Shown: positions 20,168 to 28,656 of the stretch, piece by piece | How the letters are laid out: every line of letters starts with the position of its first letter | Numbering within the stretch: the first letter of the stretch is position 1 | From: Candidatus Sericytochromatia bacterium | GTDB taxonomy: Bacteria > Cyanobacteriota > Sericytochromatia > UBA7694 | DNA length: 64,000 nt | Assembly (NCBI GenBank): GCA_963797915.1 | Contig: CAWCRG010000017.1 | Coordinates: 107,074 to 171,073, forward strand | Direction of reading: 5' to 3' | Notes under the pieces: model-generated | What the model was told of the DNA's origin: nothing | Database searches by the model: none | The model's input: only the letters and a program-made list of their open reading frames with translations | Position numbers and translations under genes: made by a program

Positions 20168-21381
20168 GCGCTTCGGTAAAGCTTTCGCAGCACGGCTGTT
20201 TGGCTTGTGGTTTTTTATGGGCGATGCCGGCTTTCGATGGGGGGCAACAGCCTTTAGCCACGCTGGCCTGGCCAGAAAGTGCTCAGGCATCAGCTGATTT
20301 ACAGCGTTTTCCGCTGACCTTTGTGCGTTGTGGGCGTTGTGGACATATTTATAATCGTGACTTTGCCTATGCAGCTGTTCCTTATATTGATCATCCCAAT
20401 CGTATGTATAATGCCAGCCCACTCTGGAAAGCCCATACCGAGGCTTTGATTGCTAAATTATTGCCCCACTTGCCTGAAAATCCTGTCGTGGTCGAAATTG
20501 GCTGTGGGGAGGGCGCTTTTTTGCAGGCTCTTGCAGAGGCCTGTGGTTCGGGTCGATTTATTGGTTTTGATCCCAATCAAAATCCCGACCGAACGGATTA
20601 TACAACGATTGAGCGAAGATCAGAACTGTTTCTCCCAGCTGAGCATATGCATACCTTAAAGCCTGACCTGGTGTTAAGCCGTCATGTCTTAGAGCATCTG
20701 ATGAATCCTCTGGCTTTTGTTCAGGAAATTGCTTTTTATAGCGCTCTCCACGGTATTGATAGCGCCCTTTTTTTTGAGGTTCCCTGTATTGACCGGGTGT
20801 TGGCCTATGGGCGCATCGAAGATCTTTATTATGAGCATAACTCTCACTTTACCCGTCGCTCTTTTCGTACACTTTTGAGTCATTTACCTGGACAGACCCT
20901 GTTTGTGGAGCAAGGGTATAATGACGAAGTGATTTACGGTCTGGTGCGCCTTGAAGATAAAAGTACCCGTCAATTGGTAGATGAAACCTTGCACTTTACG
21001 CAACAAACCCGACGGGCACAAAAACAGGTTAAAGCGATGGTTCTGGAACTTCCAGCTCCTGTTGTTGTTTGGGGCGGGACAGGCAAGGCGGCCGCTTTTA
21101 TTCATCATTTTAAATTAGAACAGCAAAATCTTTATGTGGTGGATTCTGATCCCGAAAAGTGGGGTACCTTCGTGCCGGGCACTGCTTTTGAGATCAATGA
21201 TCCTGAAACGCTGAAGCAAAGACCTGCCGCTGCGATTTTAATTCCGCCCCAGTGGAGAGCTCATGATATTTATGAAGAAATAAAAAAGCGCCAACTTCCT
21301 TTTCAGTCGTTATATATTGAACATCAGGGATCGTTGATTCATTTTTTGACCGATTCTCATCCCTACCACAGTTACGAATAG
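20164..21381 (+). CDS. Class I SAM-dependent methyltransferase with an N-terminal Cys4 zinc ribbon (C-methyltransferase-like, TylCIII/NovU-type architecture)
   Basis: CxxC...CxxC pairs at the N-terminus. Motif I VEIGCGEGAFL. 405 aa. Overlaps the nuoI stop by 4 nt. Confidence 0.6.
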   Translation: MSASVKLSQHGCLACGFLWAMPAFDGGQQPLATLAWPESAQASADLQRFPLTFVRCGRCGHIYNRDFAYAAVPYIDHPNRMYNASPLWKAHTEALIAKLLPHLPENPVVVEIGCGEGAFLQALAEACGSGRFIGFDPNQNPDRTDYTTIERRSELFLPAEHMHTLKPDLVLSRHVLEHLMNPLAFVQEIAFYSALHGIDSALFFEVPCIDRVLAYGRIEDLYYEHNSHFTRRSFRTLLSHLPGQTLFVEQGYNDEVIYGLVRLEDKSTRQLVDETLHFTQQTRRAQKQVKAMVLELPAPVVVWGGTGKAAAFIHHFKLEQQNLYVVDSDPEKWGTFVPGTAFEINDPETLKQRPAAAILIPPQWRAHDIYEEIKKRQLPFQSLYIEHQGSLIHFLTDSHPYHSYE

Positions 21382-21399
21382 GCCATTTTTTTGAGAGTG

Positions 21400-21408
21400 T
21401 GCTATAAT
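21400..21408 (+). promoter_or_regulatory. Extended -10 promoter element (TGcTATAAT) ~75 nt upstream of pilD
   Basis: Seen directly as TG-n-TATAAT. No convincing -35 element, which is acceptable for extended -10 promoters. Confidence 0.3.
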
Positions 21409-21481
21409 TTGTTAAGATTTATTAAGACCCCATCCCGTTTTTGGTTTGATGATTTTATAGTGAGCGCTGTGTAATGATTAA

Positions 21482-22423
21482 ATGCTGACTTCTCCGACCC
21501 CCTGGATCTTGTTTCTATTAGGGACCATTATTGGCAGTTTTCTGAATGTCGTTATTTATCGTACCCCTGTCATCCTATTGGCAGGTTGGAACGATGAAGA
21601 CGATGACGCAGAAGAAGTACTGGAAATTCCAGAAGCTTTTGGACCCCGTCTGGGGTTTACGCTTCGCTACTTTTTTTCAGATGTGCTGTACTCTTTTTCT
21701 TATTTGCTCAAGGACTTTTGGGTGGAGATCTATCAGGTGCTGAAGGGTCTGTCTTTTCCAGGCTCTCGCTGTGGTCAATGTCAGCGAGATATTGCCTGGT
21801 ATGATAATCTTCCCGTTTTGAGCTGGTTTATTTTAAGAGGGCGTTGCCGGCATTGTCATACAAGCTACAGTTTTCGCTATCCGCTTATTGAGTTTCTGAC
21901 GGGACTGCTCTTCGTTTATACCTATAGTTTGTATCCCCAACCTCTAGACTTAATGTTCTGGATTCCGTTGGTGAGCTTGTTATGGGCTATTTTTTGGATT
22001 GACCTTGATACCGAGTTTGTCTTCAATGTGATGACATACCCAAGTATTTTGCTGGGGATCCTATATAATGGGTCTAAAGTTAATTTGGGCTGGGCCTTAA
22101 TGGGTGGTCTGATTGCCTGGTGTTTCTTTGAAGGTGTTGCACTTTTGAGTGTTTTCCTCCTTAAGAAACAAGGGATGGGAGGCGGCGACGTTAAACTCGC
22201 GATTCTCATGGGCATCTGGTTAGGTCCTGAACAATTACTGGTGGCATTGGCGATAGCCTTTGTGACTGGGAGCATCGTGGGGGTAACTCTGATGTTAAAA
22301 CAAGGCGAAAGCAAACCTTTTCCCTTTGGTCCCTTTCTGGTGGTAGGTATGTTACTTTCCATGGCGGTTGGGGAACAACTGTGGGCGTGGTATATTGGTA
22401 AGTCAGTTTTGTCACCGGTATGA
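21482..22423 (+). CDS. pilD: Type IV prepilin peptidase / N-methyltransferase (A24 family)
   Basis: CGQC...CRHC zinc-binding tetracysteine, the GGGDVKL catalytic Asp motif and multiple TM segments. Contains an unusual ~60 aa acidic insert (NDEDDDAEEVLE...) after TM1. Confidence 0.8.
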   Translation: MLTSPTPWILFLLGTIIGSFLNVVIYRTPVILLAGWNDEDDDAEEVLEIPEAFGPRLGFTLRYFFSDVLYSFSYLLKDFWVEIYQVLKGLSFPGSRCGQCQRDIAWYDNLPVLSWFILRGRCRHCHTSYSFRYPLIEFLTGLLFVYTYSLYPQPLDLMFWIPLVSLLWAIFWIDLDTEFVFNVMTYPSILLGILYNGSKVNLGWALMGGLIAWCFFEGVALLSVFLLKKQGMGGGDVKLAILMGIWLGPEQLLVALAIAFVTGSIVGVTLMLKQGESKPFPFGPFLVVGMLLSMAVGEQLWAWYIGKSVLSPV

Positions 22424-22460
22424 ACTATAAAGCAAAGCAAGAGGCTTTAAAGAAGAAAAA

Positions 22461-23621
22461 ATGAACTTATTTGGTCGTGAAATAAACACGAAGAGCTTCC
22501 TTCGCTCTTTCTCCAGCCGTTTTTCTAAAGAACCCCCCATTGGTATTGATATTACCAATGAGTTCATTATTGCCGCTGAGCTTGCTGAAGTGCAAAATCA
22601 ACCGGGTCAATATGAAATCATTCGTCTGGCTCTCACAGAGACGCCTGAAGGCGCTGTTCGCGACGGAGAAGTGGTGGACAGCCTCCGCGTGGCGGAAGCC
22701 CTAAAAAACTTTTTAGATGAACATCAGTTTAAATCCCGTCGGGTCATCACCGCGGTATCAGGTCAAGCGGCGATTATTCGCCCCCGCATTAAGTTTCCTG
22801 CCATTCCGATTAAGGAATTACAGGAAGTGGTTATGCATGACGCAGAGCGCTATATCCCTTTCCCTATTCAGGATGTATATATTGACTTCCAGGTGACCGG
22901 TACCGTTGAAGAAGACAATATGACAAAGTATGATGTGCTGTTGGTGACCGCACAAAAACAGCTCATTGACACCTATATCGAGACCTTTGCCCAGGCAGAG
23001 CTTACGCTTGTGGCCGTAGATGTGGCTTCTTTCGCTGTTATGCGTGCTATCGAAGAGCAATTGTCTCAAGAAGAGGGCGAAGAACAGCAGCTTAATGTTT
23101 TGATTCTGATCCGAGGAGAAACCACTGATCTTAACGTCGTGCAAAATGGTGCGCCCCTTTTCTCTCGGAGTATTCCCTTGGGTAGTAGCACCATGATTGA
23201 AACCATCGCTGCAGGCATGGGGCTTGAACTTCAAGAGGCTGTGGCGCTTTTTGATAAGCTGGTTATTCCTGTGGTGGGCGATGAAACCTTTGAAGATCCC
23301 ATGGTCGAGCGCGCTGCTGATGAGATTCGTATGTTATTACAGGAGCTGACGGGTGAGATTAATAAATCTATTGACTACTTTCATCAATCGCAACAAGAAT
23401 ATATGCGTATTCAGCAGCTGATTCTTTCAGATCGTGGTGCCAAAATTAAAAACCTTGACCAGTACTTTGCCCATAAGCTGGGCATGGATGTCGAAATTAG
23501 TAACCCGATTCGCTCACTCTCATTTGATGAGACCGTTTTTTCAGCGGCTTATCTTAATGAAAATGCGCCTCTGTTTGCTACTGCGATTGGACTTGCACGG
23601 AGAGGAATTGAAGAAAATTGA
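22461..23621 (+). CDS. pilM: Type IV pilus assembly protein PilM (actin-like ATPase fold)
   Basis: 386 aa with the PilM-like pattern (IGIDI..., acidic central region). First gene of the pilMNOPQ cluster. Confidence 0.8.
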   Translation: MNLFGREINTKSFLRSFSSRFSKEPPIGIDITNEFIIAAELAEVQNQPGQYEIIRLALTETPEGAVRDGEVVDSLRVAEALKNFLDEHQFKSRRVITAVSGQAAIIRPRIKFPAIPIKELQEVVMHDAERYIPFPIQDVYIDFQVTGTVEEDNMTKYDVLLVTAQKQLIDTYIETFAQAELTLVAVDVASFAVMRAIEEQLSQEEGEEQQLNVLILIRGETTDLNVVQNGAPLFSRSIPLGSSTMIETIAAGMGLELQEAVALFDKLVIPVVGDETFEDPMVERAADEIRMLLQELTGEINKSIDYFHQSQQEYMRIQQLILSDRGAKIKNLDQYFAHKLGMDVEISNPIRSLSFDETVFSAAYLNENAPLFATAIGLARRGIEEN

Positions 23622-24178
23622 CACGCATTAGCATTAACCTTCTCGGCATTGACCGAAAGGAAGCACTTCAGCGCTCAGGCCTTAACATTGATAAAGGGCT
23701 AGCGATTGCTATGACCTCTATCATTATTGCGCTCCTGCTTCTTTTTGGGTCCAACGCCCTCATGAGCAGCCAGCTGGCTGCCGCTGAAGAGCTTAAAGAA
23801 GAAAACACATTAAAAATAGCAGCTCTCGATAAACAAATTGAAGAGATTAAAAGTCTCGAAAAAGAAAAAGCGGATAAAGAGATGGAGGAGAAAATCCTTC
23901 GTTACGTGACCGGAGAAACCTATCGCTGGTCTTATTTACTCCAAGAAGTCCGTTTGCTCATGCCCGTTGATATTAAAATTGATCAGTTATCCTTTAATCC
24001 CCAGGGTGAGTTCTCTTTGCAGGGCTCAGCCACCGATCACCGTTCAGTAGCGATGTTCCTGGCAAACCTTAAAAACTCGAAGATGCTGCAAAACATTCAG
24101 TTGCAAAGCAGCGAAAAACCTTCTGCAGAGGAACCAACTGTGTTTAGCATTACGTGCAAATTGAAAGTGGGAAGCTAA
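23618..24178 (+). CDS. pilN: Type IV pilus assembly protein PilN
   Basis: N-terminal INLLG motif, a single TM and a coiled coil. Overlaps the pilM stop. Confidence 0.7.
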   Translation: MTRISINLLGIDRKEALQRSGLNIDKGLAIAMTSIIIALLLLFGSNALMSSQLAAAEELKEENTLKIAALDKQIEEIKSLEKEKADKEMEEKILRYVTGETYRWSYLLQEVRLLMPVDIKIDQLSFNPQGEFSLQGSATDHRSVAMFLANLKNSKMLQNIQLQSSEKPSAEEPTVFSITCKLKVGS

Positions 24179-24181
24179 GTT

Positions 24182-24835
24182 ATGCCAACTATCGAAGCTT
24201 TCGGCCGTTCCTTTAATACCGACAATATTACGACCTTTCACAAGGTTTTAATTGGCGGAGTTACAGCTGCCCTGATTGTTTTTGGGGGAGGCTATCAAAT
24301 GGTCTATCCCAAGTGGGAAAACCTGCAAGTCCTTAACGAAGAAACAGAGCAACAGCAAAGCGATATCGAAAAAAAGCAAATTCAGGTAAAAAATCTGGAT
24401 AAACTTAAAGAAGAGTTGAAGGTTGTTCAGGCCAGTCTGGTGGCGCTGCGTCGTAAGATCCCAACAACGGCCAATGAGTCTCCACTGCTTTTAGATGTCG
24501 AAGAAATTACAGAAAATAAAGCGTTGTACGGTAACTCTGCGGTTTTGAACACCTTTAAGCCTGGCGGAATTGTTGACTTTACTTTGCCTGCTGAGTTACA
24601 GAGTGCTTCTGAATCTCCTGCTGCAAAGCAACTCAAGCAATTACCCGTACAGATTCAATTGAGCAAGGTGTCTTATCCTGAATTGATTGAGATGCTACAA
24701 GATCTTGAAAACTATGAACGAACGTTGAGCATTGAAGGCTTAACGATCGAACCCCAAAATGATCCCCAGGCCTTGTATACACCGGTCAATGTTTCTTTCA
24801 CATTGAAGGCCTTTTTGATAGAAGGAGCAAGTTAA
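24182..24835 (+). CDS. pilO: Type IV pilus assembly protein PilO
   Basis: TM helix, coiled coil and C-terminal periplasmic domain. Position in the cluster supports the call. Confidence 0.65.
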   Translation: MPTIEAFGRSFNTDNITTFHKVLIGGVTAALIVFGGGYQMVYPKWENLQVLNEETEQQQSDIEKKQIQVKNLDKLKEELKVVQASLVALRRKIPTTANESPLLLDVEEITENKALYGNSAVLNTFKPGGIVDFTLPAELQSASESPAAKQLKQLPVQIQLSKVSYPELIEMLQDLENYERTLSIEGLTIEPQNDPQALYTPVNVSFTLKAFLIEGAS

Positions 24836-25563
24836 TGTTAGGACACGCTTTAATCCTATCAAGTATGTGTGTCGCAGCGACAGGTCTCTTACTTTACTCA
24901 TTAAGCTTACCGCCTGAAGATTTAGGTAATGACCCAACAGTTATTGTGGTTGCGACGCCGGAGCCGGTTGTCACCGCCTCGGGCACCCCTGATACTGGTG
25001 AGTCTCCTGATGCTACAGTGGTTGCTGTCGCATCAGCTACGCCTGCCCCAACACCCACTCCCACCCCAAAGCCCACGGTAGATCCTTTAACGTCTTATAA
25101 TATTGCCGCGAGTACGCCTCAGGCCGTGCTTAGACAAGCCCAGGTGCATGCCGGGCGGGTGGATCCTTTTAAGTCTGTTCAGCCCCCTGATCTGCCCGAT
25201 TTTGAACCGGCTATTTCAGCGAATCAGCTGGCCTTACCCGCTGCGTTTCCGATGGTTAAGTCCGATAAACCCGTGAATACCGTCCCCTCTCGCACACCTA
25301 ATATTATAGAAACACAACCGACGCCTCCACCGGCAAAACCCCTGACACATGGGCTTTCCTTAAAAGGTATTATGGATGGAGGAATCGATCCGATTGCGAT
25401 TATTGAAATCAATGGTCGCACAGAGCTCTTTCGTGTGGGCGAACGCCTGCCCAATAATATTCGCGTCACTTCAATTAACTATGAAGAACGACGTGTGACT
25501 TTGTCTCGTGGCCAGGCTACGGGAACCCTTTATCTTCCCGAACCAAATAGCCCTAATTTTTAG
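24835..25563 (+). CDS. pilP: PilP-like pilus assembly lipoprotein with a Pro/Thr-rich linker
   Basis: Hydrophobic N-terminus, PT-rich low-complexity segment and a C-terminal beta domain (IIEINGRTELFRVGERL...VTSINYEERRVTL). Confidence 0.55.
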   Translation: MLGHALILSSMCVAATGLLLYSLSLPPEDLGNDPTVIVVATPEPVVTASGTPDTGESPDATVVAVASATPAPTPTPTPKPTVDPLTSYNIAASTPQAVLRQAQVHAGRVDPFKSVQPPDLPDFEPAISANQLALPAAFPMVKSDKPVNTVPSRTPNIIETQPTPPPAKPLTHGLSLKGIMDGGIDPIAIIEINGRTELFRVGERLPNNIRVTSINYEERRVTLSRGQATGTLYLPEPNSPNF

Positions 25564-25575
25564 GAGGAAAGACAT

Positions 25576-27174
25576 ATGAAAATTTCTACATTTAAACGTA
25601 AAAGCACAACTGCTCTTGCCACTTTAACCTTGCTAACGACCATGACTTCCACGGCATGGGCCGATAACAGACAGGTCGTTAATCCTCCTGTAGCAGGTGC
25701 TACTGACGCATTAACGATTCGTAAAGCCTTTCGTTTAGAAAAAGACCCCCTGATTAGCATTGTGCAACGCAATGCGAATGTGGAGTTTATTTTACGGGGA
25801 CTGGCGCAAAAAGCGGGCTTGAACCTGGTTTTTATGGCTGGTGATAACGCTGCTGCGACAGCGCAAGCTGCCTCCCTGGCACCCGCTTCATCGGGTGGAG
25901 ATGACGCTGCGTTAATGGAGTTAGCAGCGCTTGCGGGTAATACAAACGCCGCTTCTTCAGGAGCCGCTCCCAGTGCTATGGTTGCAAAAATGACCATTCC
26001 CTATCTGGAGTTGCGAGACATTCCATTGAGCGAAGCCTTTTCGCTTATTCTGCAAATGAGTGGGTTGAGCGGACGTCGGGTGTATAATTCGCTTATTATT
26101 ACAACGCCAGCAAAAATGGATCAAATGGGCTTTGCTTCCCCGCTCATTAAAACCTACACGATTTATAACCAGGCAGCGACGCTTGCTGTACAGAGTGGTG
26201 CCGCTGGTGGTGCTGGTGGCTGGTAGCTGCTGGTGGTGCTGGTGGCGGAGCGTGGTGGTGCTGGTGGTGCTGGTGGTGGCGTTATGTCGCCCATTGTGCA
26301 ACAACTCCAGGCTGTTTTTAGACGCCGTGGTTTGAACCCTGCGCCTGAGCTATTGATTGACCAGCGTACGGCAACCCTGATTGTGATCGGGAGCCAGGAA
26401 GCAATCGATATTGCTGATCAGCTGGTTCCTATACTTGACCGTGCTTTGCCTCAGGTGAATGTAGAAGTGAAAATGATTGAGCTTACCCAACGGGCAAGCC
26501 AGGAACTTGGCTTGAGTTATGAAATTGGGCAGGGGCAGACCGCTGCCGCCTTTAACAACAGCGCGATTTTACCGGGCCAGGCGCCGAATCCTCCTGCCGC
26601 TGAGGGTGAGTCACTCGTCAGCTTTAGCACCCTTAATCGCTTGGCCCCCAACTTTAGTGCGCGCTTGAACGCGTTGATTCGAGACAGTCAGGCCAGAGTG
26701 TTGACCAGTCCACGCTTGACGATTCAGCACGGAGTTCAGGCGATCTTTGACTCTACCACAGCGTTTCCTATTATTAGCACCACAGCTACAGCCACTGCGG
26801 CTACGCAGACGGTTCAGAGTATCAATATTGGTGAAAAACTGACGATTACGCCTTTTGTTGATTTGGAAAAAGGCTTGATTACGATGAAGCTGGTGCCTGA
26901 AATTTCTACCCGCGGTGAGTTGGTAAGTGCCGGTGGCCAGACCATTCCCGAAGTCAACAATCGCAAAGTTGATACGATTTTGACTGTTGAAGACGGTGAG
27001 TCGGTGGTCATTGGCGGACTGATGCGCAAAACGGATACCGAAGTCAAAAACAAGATTCCTTTATTGGGCGATATTCCTTTACTGGGCGCATTGTTTTCTG
27101 ATACGGTAACCAGCAAAGAAGATGTTGAAATTCTAATTATGGTTACTCCCCGTATTTTAAAGAGTGGCCGGTAA
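25576..27174 (+). CDS. pilQ: Type IV pilus secretin PilQ, interrupted by an in-frame TAG (26224..26226) inside a Gly/Ala (GGTGCT)n microsatellite
   Basis: ORF 25576..26226 has the signal peptide and N-terminal secretin/STN-type domains. ORF 26233..27174 is in the same frame and holds the secretin_N plus C-terminal secretin domain (IPLLGDIPLLGALF). A 19-nt direct repeat flanks the stop, with the second copy in a shifted frame. Confidence 0.8.
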
Positions 27175-27186
27175 GGTTATATTGCA

Positions 27187-27861
27187 ATGGCCGTATTCTT
27201 TGTGGAGATTACGGGAGATGATCGATTAGCGGTTACTACCCGTATCCAAAACAACCAGCTAACAGCAATTCGCGTCAAGCGTCAGGTGTATCAGCGTTCT
27301 GATCGCGTCGTGACAGATATTAAAGGGTTTGAGCCCTTTAATATTGGCGAATGGCTGACGCTGGTTAAATACGATAATTGGAAAGGCGAAGCGGTAAAAG
27401 ACTCTCTTCGCCCCACTCCCGCTTCTTTTTCTCCTTTGGGGATTCATGTCAAAGAAAATTGGGGCTTTCTGGACTCCTATCGTTTGCTCGATAAAATCTT
27501 TGAAGATCTCAAGACAAAATGGGAAATAGACTATATTAACTACGGGGGACTGCCTACGATGGAGTCTGAGCGCATGGAGCACTTTCAGCGCAATTTGCCA
27601 TTTGTGGAGCGCCTGATTGCCTATGTGCTGAACGATCGCACGATATTAGAATTACTGCGTGAAGAGCAGGCGATTATGCCGATGCCTCATCCTGGCCAGG
27701 ATGATTGGTTAATCGAGGTGAATGCGAAGGCGATGAACCGCACTGAAAAGCTTGCCTTGCGTGGGCGATTAAGCATAGAAAATCTGGGCACCCAACAAAT
27801 TATTACCCACCATCCCCGTGTTGAGGGTGAAGATATCGTTTCGGCCCAGCAGATCCTTTGA
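27187..27861 (+). CDS. Hypothetical cytoplasmic protein, co-transcribed with pilQ and the MlaE-like permease
   Basis: 224 aa, no signal peptide, no recognisable motif. 12-nt gap after pilQ and a 4-nt overlap with the next gene. Confidence 0.45.
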   Translation: MAVFFVEITGDDRLAVTTRIQNNQLTAIRVKRQVYQRSDRVVTDIKGFEPFNIGEWLTLVKYDNWKGEAVKDSLRPTPASFSPLGIHVKENWGFLDSYRLLDKIFEDLKTKWEIDYINYGGLPTMESERMEHFQRNLPFVERLIAYVLNDRTILELLREEQAIMPMPHPGQDDWLIEVNAKAMNRTEKLALRGRLSIENLGTQQIITHHPRVEGEDIVSAQQIL

Positions 27862-28628
27862 TGAATCCTCTTGCTCCCGTCGGCGCTTTTATTGAGCAGG
27901 TAGGGCAATTGGGGCTCTTTGTCGCTTTAACCGTACGGGCCATGTTCCGTCGGCCTTTTTTTTGGCAAGAAACCCTTAAATGCATGTATAGCACGGGGTT
28001 TCAGTGCCTTTTGCCCGTCCTGGCTATTGTGGTTCCCACGGGAATGGTAACCACCTTGCAGGGCCTACAGGTCTTCGAAATGTTTGGTGCCCAACGCCTG
28101 TTAAGCAGTTTGTTAGCAGAGGCTGTCTTTCGCGAACTCTCTCCCACGCTCGTTAGCATTATGGTCGCCTCTCAAGCAGGCAGCGCTGTCTCAGGAGAAA
28201 TTGGAACCATGCGCGTGACGCAGGAAATTGATGCTCTGGAAGTCATGGCGGTCGATCCTTTTCAATACGTCATTGTCCCGCGTTTAATTGCGCTGATGGT
28301 TATGGTGCCCGTGATTAACGCCATCGCCAGCTTTGGCGGAATACTGGGCGGTTATGTGGTTGCCATTGGCCTTAAAGGCCTGAATTCAGGGGTGTTCTTA
28401 GCCAATCTGTTTAGCTTTACCAAAATGTCTCATATCTGGGGTGGAATGCTTAAAGCCTGTATATTTGGTGTGATCGTTGCTTTAATCAGCTGCTATAGAG
28501 GCTATAATGTTAGAGGTGGAGCCTTGGGTGTCGGTAAAGCAGCCAACACAACGGTGGTGCATTCTATTTTGCTCATTGTCTGTGTAAACTACTTTTTAAC
28601 CTCAGCGCTTGTGGCTCTTCTCGACTAA
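27858..28628 (+). CDS. MlaE/YrbE-family ABC transporter permease (orphan: no MlaF or MlaD adjacent)
   Basis: 256 aa, 5-6 TM segments, characteristic MlaE blocks (TGMVTTLQG, EIDALEVMAVDP). Confidence 0.75.
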   Translation: MMNPLAPVGAFIEQVGQLGLFVALTVRAMFRRPFFWQETLKCMYSTGFQCLLPVLAIVVPTGMVTTLQGLQVFEMFGAQRLLSSLLAEAVFRELSPTLVSIMVASQAGSAVSGEIGTMRVTQEIDALEVMAVDPFQYVIVPRLIALMVMVPVINAIASFGGILGGYVVAIGLKGLNSGVFLANLFSFTKMSHIWGGMLKACIFGVIVALISCYRGYNVRGGALGVGKAANTTVVHSILLIVCVNYFLTSALVALLD

Positions 28629-28656
28629 GCCGTCTTTGTAGAAAGCCTTTTGCACC

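Noticed and set aside
26132-26335. 67-aa + strand ORF rich in Trp, Cys and Val over the pilQ GA-repeat
   Set aside because: It is an out-of-frame reading of the (GGTGCT)n repeat. The composition is non-proteinaceous.
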